64,000 nucleotides of DNA, taken from positions 12,299,950 through 12,363,949 of the forward strand of contig NC_134026.1 of NCBI RefSeq assembly GCF_964204645.1, given 5' to 3'. Under the pieces are notes generated by a model. The model worked only from the letters and a program-made list of their open reading frames with translations. It was not told the DNA's origin and made no database searches. The DNA is from Tubulanus polymorphus. Taxonomy: Eukaryota > Animalia > Nemertea. Position numbers and translations under genes: made by a program. This document shows positions 25,479-36,215 of this stretch, in pieces (positions within the stretch are counted from its first letter, which is position 1; the number at the start of each line of letters is the position of its first letter).

Positions 25479-26587
25479 TCTTTTTACGTTCCAAATAGTA
25501 TTTATTTATCAGCCGATATAAAAGTAATCGGTAATAATAATAATTATGTTGTTGATAATGTTGGAAGATATTTGATTAAAAAATTAACTATAAAGATTGG
25601 TCCAGAAACAGTTTTCTCATTAGATGATTATAATTTATTCATGCATTATAAAGATTTATGGTTAACTAAAGAAAATAGAAATAATATGATATTTCAAGGA
25701 ATCCAATCAGAAAACCAAAATAAATTAAGATCAGAAGCTAATAGCGCAATATTAACTAATGCTGTAGATAAATTGATAAAAAGTATATATGGAAGCAAAT
25801 ATAAAATTCCATTAGACTTTGAATTGATAAATAATAATGCACCTTTATATAAATATGCAATTCAAGAAGACGTTATATTTGAGATAACATTTGCTCCTGT
25901 TAATGAAATTGTAATATCTAGCGTTAATAAAGATATGGGTTATAAATTATCAAATATATGTTTAGAATATGACACAGTAACTGATGAAAATATTTCAAGT
26001 ATAATTCAAACTCAATACAATCAAGGATTTTCAATATTATATGATTATATTGATAAATTTAAAACTGTAACTATTAATGCAAATGATGAAATAATTAATG
26101 AGAATATTAACTTCCCAAGAAGATCTATTAAAGGTATATTAATATTCTATACCATTGCAACATATACTAATGGCGCAATAAATGTTGATAATTATTATAA
26201 TCCTGAAATAACAAAAGTAGAAATAACTATCGAAGGAATAGCAAATAAAATATTTTGTCAAGGAATGAGAATGATAGATCAGTGGCCAGAAATTAGAAAG
26301 AATTTTATGAATGAAAAAGTAAAATCATCTGAAAATTGTAATATTAATTAAATTGATTATTATACCGGTAATAAATATGCATTTTTAGAACAACATTTTT
26401 AGATTTTAGAACAACAGAGGATAATTCATTACATGGTTCTGGAAAAAAACTACAGAACACTAAAGATGGAATACAATTATTCATGACAAAGAATAAAGGA
26501 ATCAAAAATTTTAAAATGCACATTTATATTATATCTGACGCGCAATTAAATATTGTAAATACACAATTAGATAGTGTTATGTATTAA
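25479..26587 (+). pseudogene. Putative major capsid protein with about 50 N-terminal residues deleted, a stop at 26351 and an indel near 26385
   Basis: Near-identical to 45693-46790. Beta-rich protein of about 415 aa when complete, consistent with a double jelly-roll MCP. Confidence 0.75.
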
Positions 26588-26619
26588 AATTTTTACTTTA
26601 ATAAAAAATCTTATATTAA

Positions 26620-27441
26620 ATGGAAGGAGGTAAAGTATATAAACATATTCCATACATCGATACACATGAAAATAATGATGGTTTATATTATGTAATACCT
26701 TGTAATATAGCTTTGATATTTGATCCTATTTTCAAAATTTATAAAACTAAACTAATAGAAATCGATAGTAATAAAAGTGAAGTTGTTGATAATTTAAGTA
26801 ATGTAATTGATAATAATGTAATACCTACTACAGTAATACCTACTACAGTAATACCTACTACATCTAATAATGTAATACCTTCTACATCTAATAATGAAAT
26901 AATATTAAATGTTAGTGAAAATAGAAATTATTGTGATTATTGTAAAGGTGAATTTTCAAACGCCCCATCAAATTGGAATAAACATATGAATACCAAGGTA
27001 CATATTACTAATGTAATGGAACGTGTTGGTTTAGAAGAATTTATAGAACACCCATTTAGATATGTTACAAAGTTTGTTTCAAATAAAAAAGTAAATGGTA
27101 AAGAATTATATGAAGATTTTTTATTAGCAACACCTGATAAAGATGAATTAGATTTAACTGATGCTAATAAAATATTAGGATCAAATATTGTAAATGAAAT
27201 ATTAGGAGCAAACACTAAAAAAGATGATAATGAAAATGGTGCCGTATGGCACCCACATGGTGATATAGTTACAGATATTGATATTAAAGATTATGTGGAC
27301 ACACTTTTGGTGAAAGATAAAGAAGAAACTTTAAATGATGCGGTAGAAAGGATGAATAAGTATAACAATAAAACAACTATTGATGATGATACGGTAGAGA
27401 GTTTGAATAAATTGTTAGGGTCTGATAGTGAAAGTGATTAA
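26620..27441 (+). CDS. 273-aa protein with VIPTT/VIPSTSNN repeats and a C2H2 (matrin/JAZ-like) zinc finger
   Basis: YCDYCKGEFSNAPSNWNKHMNTKVH. Intact in P1 and P2. Confidence 0.8.
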   Translation: MEGGKVYKHIPYIDTHENNDGLYYVIPCNIALIFDPIFKIYKTKLIEIDSNKSEVVDNLSNVIDNNVIPTTVIPTTVIPTTSNNVIPSTSNNEIILNVSENRNYCDYCKGEFSNAPSNWNKHMNTKVHITNVMERVGLEEFIEHPFRYVTKFVSNKKVNGKELYEDFLLATPDKDELDLTDANKILGSNIVNEILGANTKKDDNENGAVWHPHGDIVTDIDIKDYVDTLLVKDKEETLNDAVERMNKYNNKTTIDDDTVESLNKLLGSDSESD

Positions 27442-27469
27442 GATATTAATTATATTTAATTCAAATAAT

Positions 27470-27910
27470 AATATTAGTTGAAAATTGTATAAAATAATAG
27501 AAAATAAAAAGGGGGTTTTAAGTATTTAAGGTATTTAAGGTATCAAATACATATCTAATACATATCTAATACATATTATTTGAAAATACCTTAAATTATA
27601 TTTCTTTTTTAAATTTATGTTGAACCCTCAGTAATAATAAATAACCTTTATTATTTTCAAACTTATTCATATATTAGTTGAAATAATAAAAATAAATTGG
27701 TTGAAAATTGTATAAATAATATTTATTTTAAAAAAGGGGGTTTTAAGTATTTAAGGTATCTAATAGGGTATCAGGTATTGGGATATCTAATAGGGTATCT
27801 AATACATAGGTATATAAATAGTTATTTTATAAATTTATATTCATATGGAAATTGTAATCTCAGTAATAATTTTGAACCTTTATTATTCTTTAATTTATTC
27901 ATATATTCAT
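27470..27910. repeat. Degenerate tandem duplication at the convergence point of the two gene arms
   Basis: TTGAAAATTGTATAAA...GGGGGTTTTAAGTATTTAAGGTAT occurs twice (about 27478 and 27701), with (G/C)RTATCTAATA microrepeats. Confidence 0.75.
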
Positions 27911-28433
27911 CATATAATTCAGTAGGTATAATTTGATTTTCTTCCAATGATTGTTGCATAGATTTTTTATCTTTGTTATAAAATAAAACTAGAAATCTTA
28001 TATTCTCCCTAAAGTCCTTAACAATTGAATTATATTTTTGATTTAAAACCCATGTTGTTATCCCGAAATGTCTTCCAGAGAAAGCTAAATAACATAACTC
28101 ACTTTCTCTCACTTTTGAATCATGTAAATTTGCGCAATCATCTACAATGAATAATGTATTTGATCCTTTATAAGTATCAATTGCTATTTTTATACAATTA
28201 TCTAAATTTTCTTTTACTGTTTTAGGATCTAATATAATAAACTTTTTTATCTTAACTATATCTCTATTATATGTTTTATTCATTTCATAAGTAGGACAGA
28301 ATAATATTATATTATCAAAATGATTCTTATAAATAGTTTCTAACAAATCTAATATGAAATGTGTTTTACCACAATTGGTTACACCAGTAACTAACATATT
28401 ATGCGGTTCAAATATAAATAAATCTTTATTCAT
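27822..28433 (-). CDS. A32/FtsK-like DNA packaging ATPase
   Basis: Walker A GVTNCGKT, Walker B FIVDD, then SGRH and NQ motifs. Confidence 0.93.
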   Translation of the reverse strand: MNKDLFIFEPHNMLVTGVTNCGKTHFILDLLETIYKNHFDNIILFCPTYEMNKTYNRDIVKIKKFIILDPKTVKENLDNCIKIAIDTYKGSNTLFIVDDCANLHDSKVRESELCYLAFSGRHFGITTWVLNQKYNSIVKDFRENIRFLVLFYNKDKKSMQQSLEENQIIPTELYDEYMNKLKNNKGSKLLLRLQFPYEYKFIK

Positions 28434-29512
28434 TTATTCTTTTAATTTTACTAGATAAAATCCATTCATTAAATTTATCATCGTATCCTTTATATTTCAC
28501 CAAAGAATACTTTTTTCCTTTAAGAGTTTTTGTTTTCAATACTTTTTCTATTTTGTATTCTATTTCATCTGGATTTGGTACAAGTGATAATTCTTGTTCA
28601 TAGAAATAACCTAATATTTCTTCATCTTTTAGATCTTCTAGTTTATAAACAAAAGGTTTAGTTAATATTATCTTTTAAATCTTAAATATTTCTTCTGTAA
28701 AATTAGGGGTATAACCTTTATAAAATGTTTTTTTTATATTTAGATATTCTAACGTGTTGTCCAATTTTAAATCTAGGTTCACCGAAATCATGTGTAACAA
28801 ACGCTCCATATAAATTATTCCAAACTATTTCCGAATTATCTTCTTTTCTAGCTTGTATAGGTTTCATATTTATAGAACTATGTTTAGAATTATTATAACC
28901 TTTCACTAAATCATCTATCACATCGATATATTTATATGTTTCATTAGCAGTAAAATATTTCCACATTCTAGTTTTCAATGTTTTATTAAATCTTTCTATA
29001 ATAGATGCTTTTTTATCTGAGTGTGTTGAAAAATAATCTACATCGTTATCAGATAATAGTTTTTTAAAATGTTTGTTATAGAATTCCTTACCTTCATCAA
29101 ATTGTATCTTATCTGGAATAGCTTCTTTAAATATATTCTTAAAAACATTTGTCATTTCTATTCCAGTTTTATTTTTGATTGGAATTGACCATGCGTATCT
29201 ACTGAATATGTCTATAACATTCAGTATCCAGAAATATCCTTTGTTGTGTTCTTCTAAGTTCTTCATGTCAATTAAATCTGCTTGCCATTGTTGATCGATA
29301 TATGAAACCATAACTTTTCTTGTTAAATAAGTTTTATCCATTTTCTTGTGGATGTGATATGTTGGTTGATTTTGTAACCATGATTTCAATTCACTATATT
29401 TTATATCACCAATATCAGATTTAATTTTATTCCATAATTCTGAAACGTTAGAATATGATACTTCACTTTCTGGGTTATAATATAACTCTCTTAAATATTG
29501 TTCGTTTTTCAT
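28426..29512 (-). pseudogene. Retroviral-like (rve) integrase with a C-terminal chromodomain, frameshifted near 28725
   Basis: WQADLIDM, IQFDEGKEF and ASIIERFNKTLK give the DDE triad. The downstream frame has EYKIEKVLK...LVKYKGYDDKFNEWI. Confidence 0.93.
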
Positions 29513-29518
29513 CTTATT

Positions 29519-30002
29519 TTAATCCATTAATAATAATTTAGATTTAGTTTCAATAGCTTTATGATTTGACTTATTTTCTGGTATGATAGGTTTATTGTCT
29601 GTACACGGATAACTAAGTTTCCGATCATCATTGGAATCATCTTTATCATCAGATTTGAATTTTGATTTATATATTACACCGGATAATATAATAACTGTGA
29701 TTAACCCAATTGTAATATATAATTTATAATTACTTCCAGCTTTAGAAGAATCAGATGGATTATCATTCGAATCAATATCAGATAATTTCTGTGATTCATT
29801 TATATCAGTTAATTTCTTTTTCTTATCTTTTTTTAATTCTGAAGATCTTTTACCTAATTCTCTTGCCCATTTAATTTGTTTCTCTATATCAGTTAATTTC
29901 TTTTTCTTAGCTTTTTTTTAATTCTGAAGATCTTTTACCTAATTCTCTTGCCCATTTAATTTGTTTCTCGGATCTAGCCTTTTTCTTAACTCCATCACTC
30001 AT
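29519..30002 (-). pseudogene. Small basic single-TM protein (MSDGVKKKARSEKQIKWARELGK...), frameshifted, with an internal duplication of about 80 bp
   Basis: Read by hand from TAAATG at 30002. TM segment LYITIGLITVIILSGVIY. Homologue at 42688-43049. Confidence 0.65.
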
Positions 30003-30598
30003 TTATTTTAGTTAATTTTTGTTCTGATTCATTTTCTGTTTCACTGTTTGGTTGTAGTACATCTGTTTCGTTCTTACCTGATTTATATTCCATAGGCTTG
30101 ATATTCGAAAATGTAATGACACCAGTAGAAATTAATGTCATAACCGATCCTAATTGGAATGAAGCATAACCAACCCATTTTTGTAATTCAGTCATAACTA
30201 AGTAGTCATTTTTCAAATCACTATATAATTTATTTTCGTCATCAATTGGTATTAACTGGTTACATAACTTAGAGCAACATTTGACAATACCATCTGAAAT
30301 AGAATAATTTATTCTAGCTAATCTTGCTTCTTCATAAATCTTAAAATATTTTATTACTTTATCCGGTTTCATAGAGTCTAATTCTTGAAAAGTAATTATT
30401 TTCCCGATAAACTGATTACATTTCCCGCCAGCAATTAATAATTCTAGATGGTGTTTACATGTTAAATAGTATTCATAATCTATATTGTTATTAACTTGAA
30501 TAGAATTAGAAACAAACTGTATCTTTATTATCACTAATACCCAAATCATCTAATGTTTTTTCAATATCAATACTATTCTTACTCGATTTCTTTGACAT
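29995..30598 (-). pseudogene. Hypothetical Polinton protein (MSKK...), frameshifted near the 5' end
   Basis: Homologue of the intact ORF 42093-42695. Confidence 0.8.
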
Positions 30599-31753
30599 TT
30601 ATATTAGAGAAATTTAATAAGAAAAATATTATAAGTATTATAAAATGATACTAGCTAGTTAAAACTAAAGAATTCTAGTATTGACTACTGATACTAGCTA
30701 TTTGAGTTTAAAGAATTTCTATTCGGATCTATTCAAAATATAAAGTATTCTCTTTTGAAAAGAAAGTATTAAAAATATAATAGAATTCACTAACTAGTTG
30801 AAGTTATTGTTTTTTAAATACTTTTTATTTAAATTAGGATTTAGATTATCTCACTACTATTGTTTATCTATAGGAGCAGTAACTATAACTGTCCAGATAA
30901 GTCATTTCGGATTCTCGATAATAAATCCTAAAACTGAAAATAAATTCAAAGAAACGACTGGTGGAAATACTATTTCATGAACACATATATTTTATTCTAC
31001 AATCATTATCGATTTCCACATTCCAAGCCGCTCGGCAGCCGAGCGGTAAGGTATGCGTGGAATGCAGGAATCAATAAAGTATAATACAACATCTGTCACT
31101 ATGTGACATTAACAACAGCTTAATGACGCAATTGAAATTCCGACAAACGTAATGCATTGGAAGCCTATACAGTATGGCTAAACTGCTACAGTCTCATGAG
31201 TTGAAATATCCATTATTTCTGATTCCACATCCATCTATCTTCACTTTCTTGATTCAATGGCCTTCATTTTGTTATCTTAAAGATAAATATCTAACGTAGA
31301 ATAAAACTAACTTGAAGTTGTAGTTGTAAAATATTAATTACAACACTTAAACATGGCCATTTTCTGGCGCATCTTACCAGGATAAGTTTTACATGTTTAG
31401 CGTTTTCCAACGCCTTAATAACAACAAAAACAGTACTTACATTTATAACTGTAAACTCCTAAAATTGTGTTTATAGAGAGAATATCCTATACGTTCCTAT
31501 GCTTATGTGCTGCGCGCTTATAACTGCCAGTTATTCACTAGCTAAACACTGTCTGGTGCAACAGATGTTCCTTCCTTTGTAATATAATTGATTAATCCTT
31601 TTCAACTGAAATAGCACATTCGATCAATATTCAAATGAGATACACCCTATTCAACTGAATATGAAATACGGCACAGATGTTTTTGTAAACAACCTGATAC
31701 AATTACATACAGGCGGTTTGACATAGATCGAGAGAAACCGGTTTTCTAAGCGT

Positions 31754-32407
31754 TTAACATTCAACGTATTTTTCATTATGTGTTGAGTTCCATAATTCAA
31801 CAAATGTCTTTGCTTTATCCAGTTGATCTAAATATAACTGTATATCTAGTTTATTAGATTTAATTATATTTTCTTTCTTTTCAAGAGGCCTTAAATTTCT
31901 CCAACCCCAAATAAGTTTTTTTTTATTGTATTCATCATTCATGTTAAATTTAGAAATCGGCAACACGTGATCAATATGAAAGTATTCACCATAATTATCT
32001 ATATTCATTTTATCATCGAATTGATATATTATCCATGATTTTAAGAATTCATCTGAACAACCCAATAAATTAGATAGTGTTTCTGAATGTGTTTCTTTGT
32101 TGAATAATTGTGTTAATCTAGTCCTTAAGCATTGTTTCAATCTAAAATTAAGATCTGTTTGATATCTTACTCTCATATATTCTGCCATGTAATAATTATA
32201 ATGTTCTATATTATCTTCTCGATATTGTGTGGTATATAGTTTAGTACAAGTTTTACAGCAATATTGAAAACCATCTTTGCTAATCTTACGCTTACTAAAT
32301 TCTGTTAATGATTCATCTAATTCACATTTAGAACACTTCTTGTAGTATATGTTTATAACGCCAGTGTTATTTGTAATATTTATAGTTTGTGGTTGTTCTG
32401 GTTCCAT
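31754..32407 (-). CDS. Zn-ribbon plus HNH/endonuclease VII-like nuclease of the type common in NCLDVs
   Basis: CSKC...CKTC, then LGC...F...M...NYG..FHIDHVLP...F...NLRPL...EN..KSNK. Confidence 0.8.
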   Translation of the reverse strand: MEPEQPQTINITNNTGVINIYYKKCSKCELDESLTEFSKRKISKDGFQYCCKTCTKLYTTQYREDNIEHYNYYMAEYMRVRYQTDLNFRLKQCLRTRLTQLFNKETHSETLSNLLGCSDEFLKSWIIYQFDDKMNIDNYGEYFHIDHVLPISKFNMNDEYNKKKLIWGWRNLRPLEKKENIIKSNKLDIQLYLDQLDKAKTFVELWNSTHNEKYVEC

Positions 32408-32474
32408 TTATTATATGTATTTTTTACTAAATTGGTTAATATTTGAGAATCCTCTTCCATTTCTTCGACCAACG

Positions 32475-32732
32475 TCATCCTTTTTCATTCCTCGCTGCTT
32501 TTGATAAGTTGTTTCGATTCCTTGATATCAAATTCCTCAACGTATTGTTCATTATTTGGATCATTATTCCATAATTCAATAAATTTGCTTTTGTTAACTG
32601 TTCTGAATATAACTGTAAATATTCTAGTTTCAATTTATTATCTAAATGTTTTTTAGTTTTATTGTGTCTTGCTTTTTGGGATTTATCTATATTGATATTA
32701 CATGTTGCGCAGTAGTACTTATTTGCTTCCAT
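32475..32732 (-). pseudogene. Chimeric ORF: polB N-terminal 38 aa fused to the tail of the HNH paralogue
   Basis: MEANKYYCATC...KLKLEY joined to LQLYSEQLTKA (compare 41576-41791) at AAACTAGA microhomology. Confidence 0.8.
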
Positions 32733-32812
32733 TTTAATACTAAATTTTTTATTAAAATTGATTTTAGAAGTTCAATGATTTAAATGTTATTCATTTATAT
32801 GAATATTTTAAG

Positions 32813-33208
32813 AGTAATAGGGGTAATGGGCTTTCATATCAAAGGTTGAATGGTCGAGTTCATTAAAAACAAAACATTAAAAGTAATTTAAAACTAGAAT
32901 ATATTTTCATAACCGTGTGTATTTCAGTTGAATATTATTATTATTTGATTATATTTGATTATATGAATTTGTGTATTGTAAATAAATCAATTGGTCGCGG
33001 AGCGGAGCTGTAGCGAAGTGGAGCGACCAATTGATTTAATACAATATGCTTTTTAAATTATTGATATCTTAGAATAAATATTTAGTTATAATATAAAATG
33101 CACACGGTTATGAAAATATATTATAGTTTTGAATTACTTTTAATGTTTTGTTTTTTAATGAGCTCGACCGTTCGACCTTTGATCTGAAAGCCCATTATCC
33201 CTATTACT
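32813..33208. repeat. P1 right TIR: about 396-bp fold-back palindrome
   Basis: Reverse complement of 15578-15973 with about 5 substitutions seen by eye. Confidence 0.95.
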
Positions 33209-33830
33209 AGCAGTGCACATTTCTATGCAGGACTTATGATACCAACAGTCGCAACCATCACATGCGACACCTTCGCAAGACCATGTAACAGGATGACTGC
33301 ATAGGCCACAGGGGTAAATGCTAGGATTTGCTGGTCCTGGGTTTAATTCAACGTCCCCTGATGTTGTGAGGAGTAATGTCATGATTATATAGACTGCTGG
33401 TGCTTTCGGTTTTGAGCGGCGGTCGTGATGGTTTGCCACCAATTTCAGTGGTGATCGGACTTCCAGGTTCAGCAGGGTGCTTGCTGGCGTGGGCTTGAGG
33501 TCTTCCATCTTGTAGGCTTAGCTGGATGACTACTAGGAGGCTGAGGATGGCCTTCATTTCGACACAGGTTAGTGCAGATTGACTAGTGGATTTCTCACAG
33601 ACTAAGTATCCAAGATGGCGGGCTCAACAAATTATGACCGGGCAGTTTCGGGGCTGGTTTACCGGCAAAAAAAGAGTTCTAGAGCATCAGAACTTCACTC
33701 TGTAAGGTTAGCACAATAAATGACATCGATTGTTGGGTAGCAATGGTTGATGTGAGTCCAAAAAACAGAAGAATTTCCACTTCAAACGAGACTAAATCGG
33801 GAAAACGATCCACTCTTGACGCGCATGCGC
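33209..33830 (-). mobile_element. 5' portion of the LINE (2A peptide and N-terminal half of the PHD finger); 5' boundary approximate
   Basis: LLLTTSGDVELNPGP then CGLC...CDGCDCWYHKSC, which continues in frame at 15571. Confidence 0.85.
33332..33355 (-). other. 2A (StopGo) ribosome-skipping motif DVELNPGP
   Basis: Exact match to D-V/I-E-x-N-P-G-P, preceded by a hydrophobic stretch. Confidence 0.9.
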
Positions 33831-34699
33831 ACTCCAATGAAATATAAGCTCCTTTGAAATATAGCCCTAATTGTAAAAGATAAGCATTAATCTAAGTTAA
33901 TGCTGCATCTTTTATTTAGGCCTATTCAAATTTTCTGTACACTACCACGTGGAAAAAAGACCCAGTCAAAATTGTGCATCACGCTTTGACGAAGAAATTG
34001 GTTCTAGGCTATAAATTTAACGACTCAAACGAATCCGCAAGAATCAACAAGAATCCGCAAAGGAATTGAAGACCGTAGTGACCAGTTCATTCCACGAATA
34101 ATAGCTGGAAAGAAAGTAATCAAAATAAATTGTCGTGCACATTCAGTGTAAACCAGGCCATAACTAGCTGCTATTAAGGCATTCCACTGACTGGCTCTAC
34201 CCACTGTATTTAGGGCCTAAATCTATTCTAGATGCATCCCTCCAAAAAAGCTAGGCATTAAATAAGTAGCCAACAATGATCTTTGCTTCACCGAGTACTC
34301 ATTTGCTACCATACTCATATTATTAAAGAAATCATTTAATACATTCCCTGGTTAACGGATTCTCACCTTAAAATACATAAACTCCGCTGTCGTTGTCATC
34401 GATCCGAGTCGTCAACTGAACGCGGAAGTAAAATTCCGTGTGAAAATTCTTACAATTTCTGTCCATATCAAATTGATTTGAGCCCGAAATCTTCAGGAAA
34501 TGTAGCCAACGTAAATTGATTTACGAATAGAATTAATCAATGGACTCGTTTTAGAAATCATGGTTCCGTGAAATTCATTAAAGTCTTAAAATTCGCGATA
34601 AATTTAAGCCGAAAATGATTTCAACCATCCACCATGTTGTTTCATTAATAAAACAATTGTTGCGCGCCGGCACTGTACTGATATGCGCCCTGCCTGAAT

Positions 34700-34736
34700 G
34701 CATGGTGTCACTAGGATTCGAACTCTCAACCTCTTA
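34700..34736 (-). mobile_element. tRNA-derived SINE or tRNA pseudogene, B-box half (split by P2)
   Basis: Minus strand reads TAAGAGGTTGAGAGTTCGAATCCTAGTGACACC, containing B box GTTCGAATCC. Confidence 0.75.
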
Positions 34737-34760
34737 AGTAATAGGGGTAATGGGCTTCAT
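34737..34760 (+). repeat. Orphan 24-bp Polinton terminus
   Basis: AGTAATAGGGGTAATGGGCTTCAT matches 38998-39022 except for one missing T. Confidence 0.9.
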
Positions 34761-36060
34761 TCAGTCAAACTAATTTCCGAAAGCTACATACATCACATTT
34801 GCATGAAACTGTTGCATCATGACTGTAATTTCTGATAAGCTTCAGAGTAAATTTTGCATAGTTTAAGACAATCTTTACTCTGATTTCTGATTCATACATG
34901 TAGAGTAATATTTTGTACCTTACTAGATTTCTCTTTGATTTTGCATGAAACTGTTGCATCTTGACTGTAATTTCTGTTAAGCTTAAGAGTTAGCTTCACA
35001 TGAAATTATGTAATCTGATTTTTAATTCTTACATTTAATATGTATTTTTGTAAATTAATAGACTTCTATCTGACGGTGCGGACACTAGATTTAGTTCTGT
35101 TTGTAATTATCTTATCTTATTACGGATATTTCTGATTCTTACAGCTTATTTTTGTATATAACTATATATCTCTGATGTTATTTAAACATCTACTCATGCT
35201 TAAAGGTTTGAAGTTCAGTTCAATGTGGTTTCTACTTCTTATCTTAACATTCATTTTTTAATATTGCAAGCCAATCTTCACAGTATATTTCTAATTCTTG
35301 CTAAGATTTAATTTTTTACAATTCAAATTAAGATGCAATTTCATAAAGGTGTACACATAAGCCTACATTCAGTGTAAGGTTAATTCTTGATGTTTGTTGA
35401 CTCTTGCTACAATTTATATTTCATTTTATTCTGTTTGATTATGTAAATAATGTAATATTTCCTTTCTAATTACATGTTATATTGACATTGTGGAGCTTCC
35501 TTTTTAAATAAACATGTTTCATTTATTTTCATACTTTCAATTGTTCATTCTTTAATTATTGATCATTCATTCTTTATAACTAATGCCTACAGGACTACAA
35601 CACTTATATTTCTTGAGCCTATTAATGTTATTGTCATATAACTTTACAAAACCACCTGTCGCAGTATATTTCCTTTTAGAAATATACCTTGTTGAAATTA
35701 TAGTGTTTAATTTCGAAATTGTTTAATGTGTTCTATAGACGTAGGTTCCCCTCCTGTTTACAGGATTATCAGTCAAAATGTTCTCAGTATTATAGTTACT
35801 TAAATAGATAACAGTATTGGCTCTGTGGCCTCCAATTTTTGTGTATATGTTTGTTTTAGAGTGTAGTCTCATTGCAATTCACTATACTCTAGTTCTCCGC
35901 TCTGCAATAATTATCTATGTATCATTTACCTGTTGAATTTCAATCAAAATAACTGAACCATTTAAATCATGTAGCTGATCTGTATGCAGTGAAAGTATCT
36001 GTTCAACACTCCTTTCTAGAATTTTACTTCTATTTTTTGAAAAAAACTAATTTAGTGTAT

Positions 36061-36215
36061 GATTTTGATAATTTTAACCTCTGGGTCCGGTTTTATAGAC
36101 TGGTATCAACTTTAACCCGGGGGTTAACTCAATTGAAAATTAATTAAGTTAGCCCCTGAGTTAAAGATAATACCAGTCTATAAAACCGGGCCCAGAGGTT
36201 AAAATTATCAAAATC
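36061..36215. mobile_element. 155-bp palindromic MITE-like element
   Basis: GATTTTGATAATTTTAACCTCTGGGTCCGGTTTTATAGACTGGTAT...ATACCAGTCTATAAAACCGGGCCCAGAGGTTAAAATTATCAAAATC. Confidence 0.8.

Larger units (their letters stand above)
15578..33208 (+). mobile_element. Polinton/Maverick-like endogenous virus P1 (17.6 kb) with long TIRs and 6-bp TSD AGCAGT
   Basis: TSD at 15572-15577 and 33209-33214. The ends AGTAATAGGGATAATGGG and CCCATTATCCCTATTACT are inverted copies. Carries pPolB, capsid, ATPase and integrase genes. Confidence 0.97.

Noticed and set aside
32813-33208. Flip/flop isomerism between the two P1 caps
   Set aside because: Read inward from each end, both caps have the same orientation, so no flip-flop is visible in this window.
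33155-33208. C-terminal extension SNRDNGLSDQRSNGRAH of ORF 33155-33508
   Set aside because: Read-through into the P1 TIR. The true continuation is at 15571.
34700-34736. Functional tRNA gene
   Set aside because: The rejoined sequence has A and B boxes but poorly paired stems and is interrupted by 22 kb. A SINE head or pseudogene fits better.
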